A DNA stretch of 49,691 bases, the filler included, from Bipalium vagum (lineage: Eukaryota): assembly GCA_037834085.1 (NCBI GenBank). It is 3 parts of 3 records of this genome, joined end to end, with 100 filler letters (N's around TTAATTAATTAA, not from the genome) between each part and the next. Parts side by side here need not be neighbours in the genome. Positions count along the whole stretch, not along the records: positions 32,287 to 49,691 come from JBBMKC010067058.1; 2 more parts are not named here. One strand, 5' to 3'. Below, piece after piece: positions 37,711 to 49,691 of the stretch; positions within the stretch are counted from its first letter, which is position 1; each line of letters opens with the position of its first letter. The position numbers and the translations under genes were made by a program. The notes beneath the pieces are model-generated. The model ran no database searches, had not been told where the DNA came from, and saw only the letters and a program-made list of their open reading frames with translations.

Positions 37711-37947
37711 TAAATCTGATTACTTAAACAAACTTTTCAAGCATGGACCTCTCCTTTTTATAAAACTAAATTATTTACTTTTTAAAGATTTAGTCACATT
37801 TAAAATATTTATTTAAATGTTTAAAAAACAGTAACTTAATAATTTTTAAAAACTTGAAATTAAAAACATTTAATAAATGTTGATTTAGGCGTGAGATCCT
37901 TATTTTAAAAACTTCAAGCAAGCTAATTGTTCGAACCACTCCTTATA
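37711..37947 (+). repeat. Dispersed MITE-like repeat, copy 3 of 3
   Basis: TAAATCTGATTACTTAAACAAACTTTTCAAGCATGGACCTC ... GTGAGATCCTTATTTTAAAAACTTC..TTCGAACCACTCCTTATA. Confidence 0.85.
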
Positions 37948-38084
37948 CACGTTATGTACTAAAGCTCGAAATCTAGATCATTGGTATTTTTTTCGAGCAA
38001 TATCTTCTAAAAGGTTTCTTGTAACCTATATATGACTTTAAATGTAAAAAAAGAAACTCATTGAATATAATTATCATCGGTTAT

Positions 38085-38450
38085 TCTTGTTGTTGTATCA
38101 TCCATCAAGAAATACTAGATTTTGAAGATGAAAGTGTCATGTCAAGAAGGAGCATTTCTTAAAGGAAATCCATACTTAATATCACGATGTCATGTTTTCC
38201 AATAAAAACCTATGGTTAATCTGTGAAATTGATGAAGAAGATCAACCTGATTAAGAGTCCGAAGGTTCAAGAAATGTCTCTGTTCAGCAGTTCAGAAAGA
38301 GATTTCGGGCCAGTGTTTTTTGATTGATATAACAAAGCATCTAAACGAATTCGATAAATTCCCTCATAGCAAGAAACAGTTTATTTTTATTTTGTTTGAC
38401 AGAATAAGGTCATTCGAAAGAACAAAGCGCCTTCTTACAATGAACTTATA
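38085..38450 (+). mobile_element. hAT (Buster/Charlie/GTF2IRD2-like) transposase relic
   Basis: CCIIHQEIL (cf. HCIIHQEAL, the CxxH motif) and FLIDITKHLNEFDKFPHSKKQFI (cf. FLxDITxHLNxLNxxLQGK). Confidence 0.6.
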
Positions 38451-38699
38451 AAAAACTAATGGATGAAATTAAGGTTGCTGGGTGTGACAAACTTTCATAC
38501 CCTTTCAGAGGCTTATTTAAGAATTTGAAATCAATATTAACAAAAATAATTAATTAAAAAATTAAGTTGTTTAAATATTTAAATTTAAAAATGCCATATA
38601 TTTGCGTAGGAGATGTATTCCAGAAGTGCTACCCAAACCAAAGTTACGCAAATTGAGATAGGTAAATCGTACCAGTCCTTTAAAAAATAACCAATGGGA

Positions 38700-38770
38700 T
38701 CACATTGCAATATTCTTTCTTTTTCTTTTAATGTAATTCTTTTACGTCCTTTCTTTGGAATATTTTTCAT
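38700..38770 (-). mobile_element. pogo/CENP-B-type N-terminal fragment
   Basis: MKNIPKKGRKRITLKEKERILQ resembles the start of the psq-type HTH in pogo/Tigger transposases. Confidence 0.45.
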
Positions 38771-39124
38771 CTAAAATTTATTTTAAATAATGAAATCAAT
38801 AAAACCGATTTTTTAAAATTATTTTAAAAATTTAGTTTTAAATTATTAAACAAATTAAACTATGACATAATTTTACACAAATGAAGAAAAATATTTAAAG
38901 AAAACACGATAATTGAATATTTTGGTAAAGAAAATATTATATATGTAAATGAAAATTACGCACTTCGAGAGTAACGAAAATCGAGATCGAAATGTATATT
39001 AAAACTGGTAGTATGACTATATTCAATTGCTTTTTCGAATAATAAAGAAGGAGTTTCAGAGAAATTTAATTAACGGGTTATATTGATTAAATTTAAGAAT
39101 TACAGTTATAATTTTTTTCAGAAT

Positions 39125-39230
39125 TCTTTTTGCTCATCCCCAGATATGACTTTTCATAAGAACGACTTTCGATGCCGTCTATTAAGAAGAGAAATAAATG
39201 TTTCCATTCTTTGATTTTTATTGGATTTAG
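39125..39230 (-). mobile_element. Mariner scrap
   Basis: KRMETFISLLNRRHRKSFL*KVISGDEQ (cf. FLxRIxTGDEKW). Confidence 0.6.
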
Positions 39231-40419
39231 TGAGTTTATGTTAGACACTGCAGGATCGATATTTTTGGACATTTCTTTGAAAACGTAATACGATATTAAT
39301 AATTTATTTAAATATTAATCACAGATTGAAATATTAAAACAACTGTATTAGTTATACAAAATAATTACGAATTGAGATTATTTATTTGTACACATAATAA
39401 TTATTTATTTTATGAGCCATTTTATAATCTTAGTGGAAAAAAATTATTAATTTTTTAGACATTTTACAACATAATATTGTGGTTTGACAAAACTTAATTT
39501 ATCATGTACAAAATATATAATATTTCAACATTATTATAAATTTGATAGTAAAATCATTGTTTACAAATCTTCATGAAAAATAAATTATTTCCGCTTTCCG
39601 AAATTAAATTACAATGTCCAATTTCAATTAAATTTAAAGGGGAATCGTTTCATTTTTGCCACATTAAATTATATTTATTAAATGTGAATTACCTTCTTAG
39701 ATTTAAGGAATTGTTTAAATGAATAATTTGTTTTAATTTACAATATCCGGATTTAATTAATAATTTTGAGACAAAGTTAAGAGAAAAGTCCTTATTTTAT
39801 TATTCAATGTTTGTCGCAATTTCCTCATATTGATTATATTTATGTACTTATTAATTAAGTGCCATTATATATGCTTACTTAGTCTGATATTTGTATTAAT
39901 TATTAAGTATAATGTATGAATATTATAATGCCAAAAACTACTATTATGTAATGGAGAATGTTAACGAATATTTTATTGTCTCGCATTTATTCTCTTGATT
40001 GACAGAAAACATTCTATGCTTAATATTATTTTATAAATTTCATCTCTGTAGAAAATTCTCTGTTGAACATTAATTAAAAATTTAAAAATTTCAGGCTATT
40101 AAATTTCATAGTACGATAATATCATTCGTATTATATAAATATTTGTTAAAATATAATAAATTAATTATTCCTTTGACATTATATTTTTGTTGTAAAATAG
40201 TTTATTAAAAGAAATTTTATTATAAATAATATGTAATCACCATAGGAACGATAAAATATACTTATAATACCTAAAAAATTATTTATAAATTTGCATTTGA
40301 AATTAGTCTAGATTTCTAGTTATCATCCGTTATGAAAAAATATATAAAAGATGAAATAAAGATTTACATCACTGTGAAAATTAATTGAAACAAAACATTT
40401 TTAAAATAAAAACAGATTA

Positions 40420-43400
40420 CAAACAGACACGTTTGGAACATCGGCGTAATTGGTATGTTTTTCTTTTTTATAAATACGATACCTTTATGGTCTGTTCTTA
40501 CCACGAATTTTTTTCCATATAAATAATGTTTAAAATGATTACAGAAATAATAAATATTCAGTAATTCTTTTTTTGTGATGCAGTAACTTTTTTCATGCGC
40601 TGACAATGTGTGAGACCCATACGCAATAACCCTTTCTTTTCTATAACTATCTCTTTGTGAAAGAACCGTTCTAATTGCATTGAAACTGCCATTCGTGTCC
40701 AGAATAAATATCTTTTTTATATCCGGGAATCATAAAATAGGCGCTTTAGTTAATGCCTCCTTCATCTCGCAAAATGCTCTCTCAAAACCTTCAGATCATA
40801 CCAATTTTGTGTTATTTCTTCCACACAATTCCTCCAAGGTCCTTGATTTCTTTGAATAATTGTTTGTGAATCTTCTATAATAAATATTCCAAGGAAACTC
40901 CTTATATTCTTAACGCATTTTGGTTTTTTGAAATTTTTAATAGCTTCAATTTTTATTGGATCGGTATGAATCCTTTTTTTGTCTATCATATGCCCAAGGA
41001 GCTTTACTTCTTTCCGTAATAAGTTGCACTTTTCTGGATTCACTCGAAATCCTGCATGTTGAATACGGTCTAAAACTCATCCCAAGCTCTCATAATGTTG
41101 ATCTAAGCCTTCTGAAAATATCATAATTTTGTCCATATATACCATTGTTTTCTCTAGACCATCCAATACCTTCGTGATTAGTTCCTGGAACGTTTCTGGC
41201 GCGGATGCTATGCCAAATGGCATTCTTGTAAAACAATAATGACCAGATTTTGTGGAAAAGGCTGTCTTCTCCTGTGACTCTTTTCCTAATAGTACTAATA
41301 TGCATTTCCCAAATCTATGATACTCAAATATTTTGCCCCACGAAGATTATCTAGCATTTCTTCGACATTTGGCATGGGAAACGCTTGCCTTTCTGTAACT
41401 GCGTTCAGTTTCCTGAAATCTAGACAAATTCTAACATCCTTTCTCTCTTTCTTCCACACACATATCAAATTTGTGTTCCACTATGAATTGCATTTTCTGA
41501 TAATGGCATTATCTGCTAAATTTTTATTGGCAGCATCAATCTTTTCTTCTAGATTCATGGGGTGTTTCCATGGCTTTGTATTTTTAGCTCTCCCTTTGTC
41601 ACTATCATGTACTGCCAACGTAGTGCATTTGACATCCTAGCTATTTACCATAAATATTCCTCTATATCTCCGAATAACTTTTTCAAGCTTGTCGTCTTGT
41701 TTGGACATTAAAATCTCTAGAGCTCTCTGTACTCTTTTGGCATCATCAATTTTCCGTCCAAACTTTGCTTTTATGTTGCAAATTCTCAAGTCCTTTTCTT
41801 CGACCTCCTTTTCTTCCTGTAACCGATAACCAAACTTTCGTTGTACATATATTAACTCATCAAGATCAGGATTCATGTATTTCACTACTGTACATTGTAC
41901 GAATTTGTTACGCTTTTCGATTTCAACTAGAATCATTCCCAAAATCATCATTTTGATGTTATTCGCGCATTTCAGCGCATCTTCGCAACCAACAAGTTCC
42001 ACAATATTAAATCTTCATAATATATATTAGTGCATCACATTTATCTTTGCTCCTGTGTCTAAAAAGCATATAAAGCACTTTTCTTGAATTTTAACCTCAA
42101 CACTAGGTCTACCTTGCATAATATCGTACTCTTTATCTTCACTTCACTTCACTCTTTATCTTCACTTATTATTCTCATCATTCATATCTTTAGTACAAAT
42201 ATCTTTGCAATCTATTTTATGAAAACATATACCTTTCTATCAACTTTCTCCTTATCTTTTATAATATTGATAAAACTTCTTCTATTATAAATATAAATAT
42301 TGCGATCTAAACTGGTATCTAGTTAGAGCTCCTCAAATAGAGCTTTCCCTTTTGGGGCCCCCTCTATGTAACTGTTTGTTTCCTTATTAAAATAGTAAAT
42401 CTTGTCTCCTCTTCCTACATAGTCTTCTTCTTCTACAAATGCATTTACGTATCCAGTGTAGTTTGCTCCTTGATATCCATTATTACCTATCCCTCTACCA
42501 AAGTTTGAAAAACCATTGTTCCCATCATATCTTCTTCTTGTATTGCTTTTTCGGTTAAAAAATAAATTGTCATTTCCTTTCCTGTAACTCTGCTGTCTTA
42601 AATTCGTAAAACAGTCCTCTGTACGGTGTCCATTCCTATCTCATATCGTACATCTTATCCTGTCATGGTGTGATTTATCAGATTCTGATCAGATCCACAC
42701 GCGTAATACGATTTCTTTTTTTCCGGGCATCTTCAACTTATGTGACAAGACCTCATTTCTGACTCTGTGGAATAAAATTTTAGGTCGGGGTCGTTCAGTG
42801 GCCGTGTTTTTAATTGCTGGCTTTTTTAAAACATCACTGTATCTCTGGACTACATTGATGCTTTCCGTCTCCTTCAGATCATTCTTTAATTCATCATTTG
42901 CTTTAATTGCCTCGAATAAATCATCTGAATTGCCTAATTTGCCTCCTTTAATTTTTGTCTGAATTTTTAAATCTCGGCAGCTGTGAACAATGATATTCTT
43001 TGTTAATTGTTCCTTGTCCAGAGTATGCGTCAAAATTTTATTGACTAATCCTTCGATTGTCTTCTTGTACAAATAGATATTTTCATCTGTCCTTTTGTAC
43101 TTTATTGCTTCTACCAAGTCCTACATTAAAGTTGTCTTTCTCAGAATGCCTTTCTTAGACGATCTTCATAATCTAGAGATTCATCTTGGCATTCATAGGC
43201 TTCCTTTAGCTCTCGATCAATTAGGCCAACCGCTAACCGAGCATTTTCTTTTTTCTTTATACCAATGCACTAAAATATCTGGTGCAGTTTTTAATAAACT
43301 TTTCAATTTCGTCACTCTTTCTAAAAATTCCAAGATGTAACGCTTCGCGAATGAGGTCTATTGATGCGTTAATCGCCATATAGGTTACTGCAACGTTATT

Positions 43401-43439
43401 AACAGTTTCAGAATTTAAAGACTCAAGATTTGGTAACAT
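40420..43439 (-). mobile_element. Decayed Ty3/gypsy LTR retrotransposon (gag-PR-RT-RNase H), truncated before integrase
   Basis: gag with CCHC knuckle CTI*DRNGHRTEDC (42611-42652). Protease FLDTGAKINV (~42035-42066). RT motifs CLDFRKLNAVT, PMPNVEEML, FTRMPFGI..APETFQ, VYMDK, NPEKC..EVKLLGH. RNase H ILDT..VLSQ..YCITKKELL..HYLYGKKFVVRTDH. Many frameshifts; no LTRs identified. Confidence 0.93.
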
Positions 43440-43875
43440 TTTTATTCGAAGAAAATAATTGTATAGTTTTAATGTGTCCTCTTTTTATCCTTTATTTAAA
43501 CAAATTGATTATCTAAATGTTTTATTAAAATTAATTTAATTATTTAATTTTTTAAAAAACCTTTAAATTTATTAAAATTATTTTTAAAAACTTATTTTAC
43601 ATTAAGGATTAAATTTTAATATATTACTTACAATTTTATTTTTAAAATATTTATGATTTATTATTTAATATTAATTAAAATTTAATCTTTGCAATACTCT
43701 TATCGTGAAATCACAAAATACACTGAAGTCAATGTGATCAAATACAAATATAGACGAAAGCACATGAATACCAGTAAATGTTGAATAAATGTTCAATTTC
43801 AATATTCAATAAAAATAAAAAATCCAACAACCACCAATACTAAATTGAAATGTTTAAATAAATCATAAGATGATG

Positions 43876-43876
<1 letters not shown>

Positions 43877-43948
<72 letters not shown>
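43877..43948. repeat. (AAT)n microsatellite
   Basis: Direct reading. Confidence 0.95.
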
Positions 43949-43950
<2 letters not shown>

Positions 43951-45344
43951 CACAATAATATCAAGTTAAAATATTAATACAATCAAGAATTTTAAATGAA
44001 AATATAAGATTCAAATTAAAATTTAAATAATAAGCTAAACAATCGGTCACAGCGGATTCTATCAGTCTATCTATTATTCTATCTATCAGTGGATTCTCGG
44101 GTCGTCCTCTAGGCTCTTCGTTCGACTAGGGATTCCCGAACTCGACCGGATCCATTGAAAAATAATGTGGCAAATAATCTGAAAATATATAATATGAGTA
44201 AACATCTTACACTTAAATAATCAATTTTACCCACATTTTCTCAAATATTCAATCCTTTTGATATACTCTTCTACCAAATTCTAAATCCTCTGGTTGACTA
44301 ATTCTTATGACTACAAGGTTCTTCAATAAACTGTCGTTTGCAATATCAAAAAAATGTTTCTCCGAATTTCTCAACTGAAATTCTCATCTTATGTAGAAGT
44401 CGAGATTGGCCAACGACCGCTAATCACTATTTTTAAAATTATATTTCCTTCGTAAAACTAAAAGTTTATAAATTGTGTTACAATTATATCATCGGCTAGA
44501 CTTGGTTCATAAACTTTCTATTAATAATTAATTATTATCTCGATGGCGAGATAGATCATTATTTTAATTTTAGGTATATAATTAATAAATAATAGTTATC
44601 TAGATGAGATAAATTGATATTTATACGTTTTAAAATTATTATTACCAATAATTAATTAATTAGTAATAGTAGTAGAGGTATTTTTAATTAATTTTATTAT
44701 TATTATCATAGACCATTAATTATTATTATATACTCTTAATTTATTATTATTAATCCTTAGTGGTCGAATCGAATAAATATAATTATAAATGTCTTATCAA
44801 TTATTATATAAACGTTATTAAAAAGATGAAATAAATTAGTTTTATAATAATGCAGAAAAAAAGAGCAGTTATCCTTTTCATTTTATTTTAATATTTCAAA
44901 CAAATATTAAATTTTTTCTGAAATTCTGAAAGAAAATAATCGAAATATTTTTAAAATCATTTTTATAAATAAAATTATTTATTTTCGGATTTTTATTAAA
45001 AATTGCTTATTTAAAGGAAATTGTTAAATAATTTATATTTTTGATAACAAAAAAAATATTATATATTCAATTGATTTAAAATAAGATTCAAGAATTTTTT
45101 TGTTTAGCCATATTTATTCTATACTTTGTTGTCAAAGTAAAGAAATTTTTTAATAATTAATGAAATTCTATACATATCAATTAGAAACTTCAAGGTTTAC
45201 ACAAATATGTAATTATAAAATAAAAATACATTAAATAAAAATGTATTTTAATAATAACAATCTTAAGCTAATTGTTTTAATATTTCAATAATTATTTTCT
45301 TTGGTGTTGTTGAATTAATATTATATTTTCGAAAATTTGAAATT

Positions 45345-45685
<341 letters not shown>

Positions 45686-46627
45686 TAATTTGGATTATTT
45701 TTTATACTGTTGTATGTTATATATTTATATTCTTTACTAGTTTCTTACCATATTTTAATTTTTATTAAGATATTATGTTTCATAAATATAATAATAATTT
45801 TTATTTATATTACTAGTATTATTATTATTGTTATTTAATATTATAATAATATTGATTGCTTATTACTACTATTGATTATTATTATTTTCATTATTTGAAT
45901 TTACGATCTTCTTAAAGATAACATTAATTCATTGCCTTTAATTCAAAATCTTTAAAATAACTACTTTACAAATTCTTCAGGAATTCGCACTATTTCAGGT
46001 CGATGAGTTAACCTTTCATGTCTCAGATATTCTTTTGTTTTATTTTGATAAAAAATCATTAAACCAGTATTTGTCTGTCTGGTTCTGTGTATGTACATTC
46101 TCGTGTTTCTGGACTTAATCTCAGTGCAATTAAATTTGATTGGTTCAATTTCATTTTCATTTTCATTTTCTCAGTTTGGTGATATTTCAGTTATCACTGG
46201 TGTATCTGCTGACACTTCCATTTATCAGTATTACTTTTAACTATTTCTTAATTCATTGATAGTTTATTGATATTTTCGACTTTTTTGTCATTGATTATTA
46301 ATTTTATTACTTAGAATCTTAACTGCTTTAAATTTCTTTTTATGAGTTTATTTTATTGATTTTTAATAGTTACTAATTTATTCATTATTATGATTCTTAC
46401 TATTAATCATAACACAATATTGTTGAATCTACTTGGAAATTATTTATTTTGTACTATTAACGTATATTGATTTATGTTTTTATATATTTTAATCTTAGAT
46501 GTTACTAATACCATTATTAATATTTTTATTTAATGAAAATGTATTTTATTTTTTAATCAATATCTATAGATTTTTTTATAATTTTTTTTAATTGATTAAT
46601 ATTAATATGCATTTAATATTAATCATT

Positions 46628-46646
46628 TATTATTATTATTATTATG

Positions 46647-46713
<67 letters not shown>
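46628..46713. repeat. (TTA)n microsatellite in Rab11 intron 3
   Basis: Direct reading. Confidence 0.95.
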
Positions 46714-47789
46714 GGAATTAATTATCTCAGGACCAAAGATTATCTACTGGTTCCTAGGGTTTCTTTAGTGGAACTCTAACATATTCATACAACTTTAAGT
46801 TTTTATAAATATTCATAAAGTTATTTGGTTATTTAAATTAAAATTTATTTATTTACTTTTATTTAAAAACATTTTTAAGCTTTAAATATAGAAATTTTAA
46901 AAAATTCTTGTTTCATATAGCTTAACCTCATATTGATTAAAACTTTCTTTTAAATCGTTAAAGGTTCAGTAGGCTTTTAGACAATAACTTTACTTAAATT
47001 CTATATTTAATTTTAACATTCTTTTAAATTTCAGGGATTTTTATTTATTAATTTAGTGAAATGCTCTCTCCATTTCCTCTTAAGATAAATAAAAAATTTT
47101 GTAAACAGGTAACAATTTTATGCATCTTTCCTATTTCCTAATACGCTCAACATTTTGTTAAAATTTATTTTGAAATATTTCTTTCCTTCTCTCGAAACAA
47201 AATGACCTGGTTATATCGACTTTTTCACAATACCTGGAGAAATCAAATAAGAATAACAATTGCTCAATTTCGACTGTGTAAACTCACATGGAAATCTCTA
47301 GTGAAATTAAATTCTATTTAAATCAACAATTCAATAATCAATTACACTATTTTCTATATATTTAAATCAGTTAGATCATTTTTTTTCCTGAGAAAATAAC
47401 CAAATCTTTCTAATTTTCTATAGGTAGTTCAGGAAAATGTTAATTTCCAATTTATAATTTTACAATTATTAAGGTGATTCATAAGTAATTTCTATTTTTT
47501 TGTTTAAGTGGTTCAAAGTAATTTTTTATTTATTATTATTATTTTGCTGTTGTTCTTATTGTGAGAAGAATTACAATTCTATTATTTACGTAAAATTTTT
47601 GAAGAACTATACCATCTACAGTTCTAATTCAAACTAATGAATTTCTAACTCAAGCTAATGAAATCCAAACTCAAAGTCAAAATTAAAAACGTAATTATTA
47701 TAAAGTTTCTTTAGCTTCATATGCAATTTTGTGCAGTGCTTGCATATGGTATTCAAAAAATGATAGTCCTCCATTTGATATGGTATATT

Positions 47790-48040
47790 TTAATAAGGCA
47801 TTTGTTCTCTTAGTTTTTGTTTTACTATTCCTTTAAAGGACCTCCAAGACAATTCTATCGTATTTAATTGGTAGGAGTATGGAGTTAAGCGAATTATTTC
47901 CACTTCTTCGTTTTCTTCAATAGCTGACTCTAATTGGCTTTGCAAGGGAGCATTATCAATTAAAATTGTGAGTGATCTAATTCTTTCTTTCTTACACTCG
48001 GCGATTAATTGTCTTAACCAAATTTTAACCGACTACTTTA
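47790..48040 (-). mobile_element. IS630/Tc1-like transposase catalytic fragment
   Basis: ILIDNAPLQSQLE..IIRLTPYSYQLNTIELSWRSFKGIV (cf. DNAxxH..LPPYSPxLNPIE.W..K); D-to-E spacing 33 in this copy. Confidence 0.75.
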
Positions 48041-48155
48041 CATGACCCTCTTTTAATATAAAAATAAGTTTAAAAATAGGATTTTTGACATAATAATATT
48101 AGATTAATTTATGTATTGTTTATCATAACGAATTTAATAATAAAATAATTTTAAA

Positions 48156-48468
48156 ATGAAAAGATCCATTAAACCCTACAGCGTTAAAAGTTGAGGTTGC
48201 ATACTTGGTACTTTCAAAAGTGATGTCGATTGGAGAAGTCTGTGTATATCTATGAATATTAATTTACGACCTGCTTATTGATACTTCTTAGCTAATAAAT
48301 ATTTGGTATCACATTGAGGATGGCCAAGATTATTTTAAAAAATAACTCCTCAAATAGTAAGTGCATTATTGGAGTGGGTTGAAACCGATTGTCAGATAAC
48401 GCTAAAAGAGTGTGTAGATAAGGTTTGTGAATTTTTTAGCGTTAGTATTTCCGATAATACTATTAAAA
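48156..48468 (+). mobile_element. IS630/Tc1-like transposase N-terminal (HTH) fragment
   Basis: DWRSLCISMNINLRPAY, then after a frameshift KITPQIVSALLEWVETDCQITLKECVDKVCEFFSVSISDNTIK. Confidence 0.65.
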
Positions 48469-49000
48469 TTGCCTATATCATTTTAAATATTCTGTAATTA
48501 TATATATACTCCAATAATTATCCCTACGATAATAATACAAAAAAATAACAATTTCAGTAAAAAAGAAAACATTTTTTATAAAAGTCTATTGTTTCCAAGT
48601 ATAATAGCTATCTCGGATATATAAAATAAGAATATGTAAATAGTTGTTTTTAGAATTGTAAGCAAAATTATTTTTGAATGTTCGAAAATGAGTAATACGA
48701 AAATTAACCATACAAATAGATTTATTATAAGCGTACAAAAAATTTGTATCAAAATTTTGTTTTTAATAATTAATTTACCACCTCTATTGTTAGCAGCTAT
48801 TTCAATAAAGTCACTCATAGTTTCAAAAATTTTATTATTCCAATAAAAATAAAAATACTTAAACAAATTTCCTTAAATTAAAAAATTTAAATAAAGTGTC
48901 TCTTTTATTACTTTTTTTTAAAAAGATATTTTAAAATTAAATAATACATTAAAGTAATGATTATTTATATCGAATTTTAAAATGGACTCTTTATAAAAAT

Positions 49001-49691
49001 TTAAAAATTCAAAAATATGCTCAAATACTCACACCTATTCTTGATGATCATTTTACATCTCATATTCATCGAAGTAACCAATTTTTTGCAGAAATCTGGG
49101 TTAATTTGTAGCCATTCATCCAAGATATACTTTGCCAGCATGTCTTTTCCAGTAATTTCTCTCCTTTTGAGCTTTCTGTTCATAAAAGCCAACAAATTTT
49201 CAATTGGTTTCATATCCGTTGATTGCCCAATCCATTTTAAGACATTTACACCGGATTGATTAAGCAAATGTGTAATAATTTTGGCCGTATGTTTTGGATC
49301 TCGGTCATACTGGAATTTGAAGTCAGTCTCAAGACCAAGGTATTGCACAGATCCCAACAAATTTTCTTCTAAAATTTTCAAATAATCTTCCTTTTATCTA
49401 TGAAGACTAAATTTCCAACACCCAAACTCGAAAAACATCCCCAGACCATAACCGACTCATTACCATGCTTAACTGTCGGTTGGAGACATTCTAATTTCAT
49501 TTCTTCTCCGGGTTTTCGTCAAATAGTAACCCTTCCTTCTGACCCAAATACGTTAAATTTACACTCGTCAGACCAAAGAACTTTTTCCCAATCGGTTGAA
49601 GAGTTTAACCGTTTTCTTACCCATGCAACTCGTGCTTTCTGATTCATCTTCGAAATTAAAGGTTTCTTCCGTGCCATCCTCCCATGTAACC
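49001..49691 (-). mobile_element. Tc1 (DD34E-type) transposase pseudogene, continuing beyond the window
   Basis: LWSDECKFNVFGSEGRV..RKPGE..PTVKHGNESVMVWGCFSSLGVG; FQYDRDPKHTAK..WIGQSTDMKPIENL. Frameshift near 49390. Confidence 0.93.

Noticed and set aside
45760-45785. TTAAG|A TAT TAT as a possible Rab11 exon 4 (A-Y-Y)
   Set aside because: It continues GTT TCA TAA rather than RGAVG; chance match.
48576-48866. MSDFIEIAANNRGGK resembling a FLYWCH/MULE N-terminus
   Set aside because: No downstream W-x-C or H-x-H residues found; too little to call.

Overview
Very AT-rich eukaryotic (animal) genomic scaffold with three assembly gaps. The species cannot be named from the sequence. Three host genes were rebuilt by hand across spliceosomal introns. 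(1) A SoxB2-type (Sox14/Sox21-like) HMG-box gene on the minus strand; 2 exons, and the frame is kept only through a GC-AG intron; 335 aa. (2) A divergent NET-family (NocA/Elbow/TLP-1/Nlz = ZNF503/ZNF703-like) zinc-finger gene on the minus strand; 2 exons; 299 aa. (3) The first three exons of Rab11 on the plus strand, missed by the ORF track because of 46- and 43-nt introns. Most other recognisable sequence is decayed transposons: many mariner pieces, Tc1, Tc3-like, maT-like, IS630-like, pogo, hAT and MULE relics, several MITEs, a 3-copy dispersed repeat, a 3'-truncated Ty3/gypsy element and a separate gypsy 3' end. There are also (AAT)n microsatellites. Between these lie transposon-free, ORF-less islands that look like cis-regulatory DNA. 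No CRISPR, rRNA or tRNA was seen. I cannot show a wholly new biological system. The best leads are the GC-AG SoxB2 intron, the atypical NET protein, perfect 19-27 bp copies at transposon junctions, an intron-bearing transposase, and a hairpin plus possible spliced transcript upstream of Rab11.
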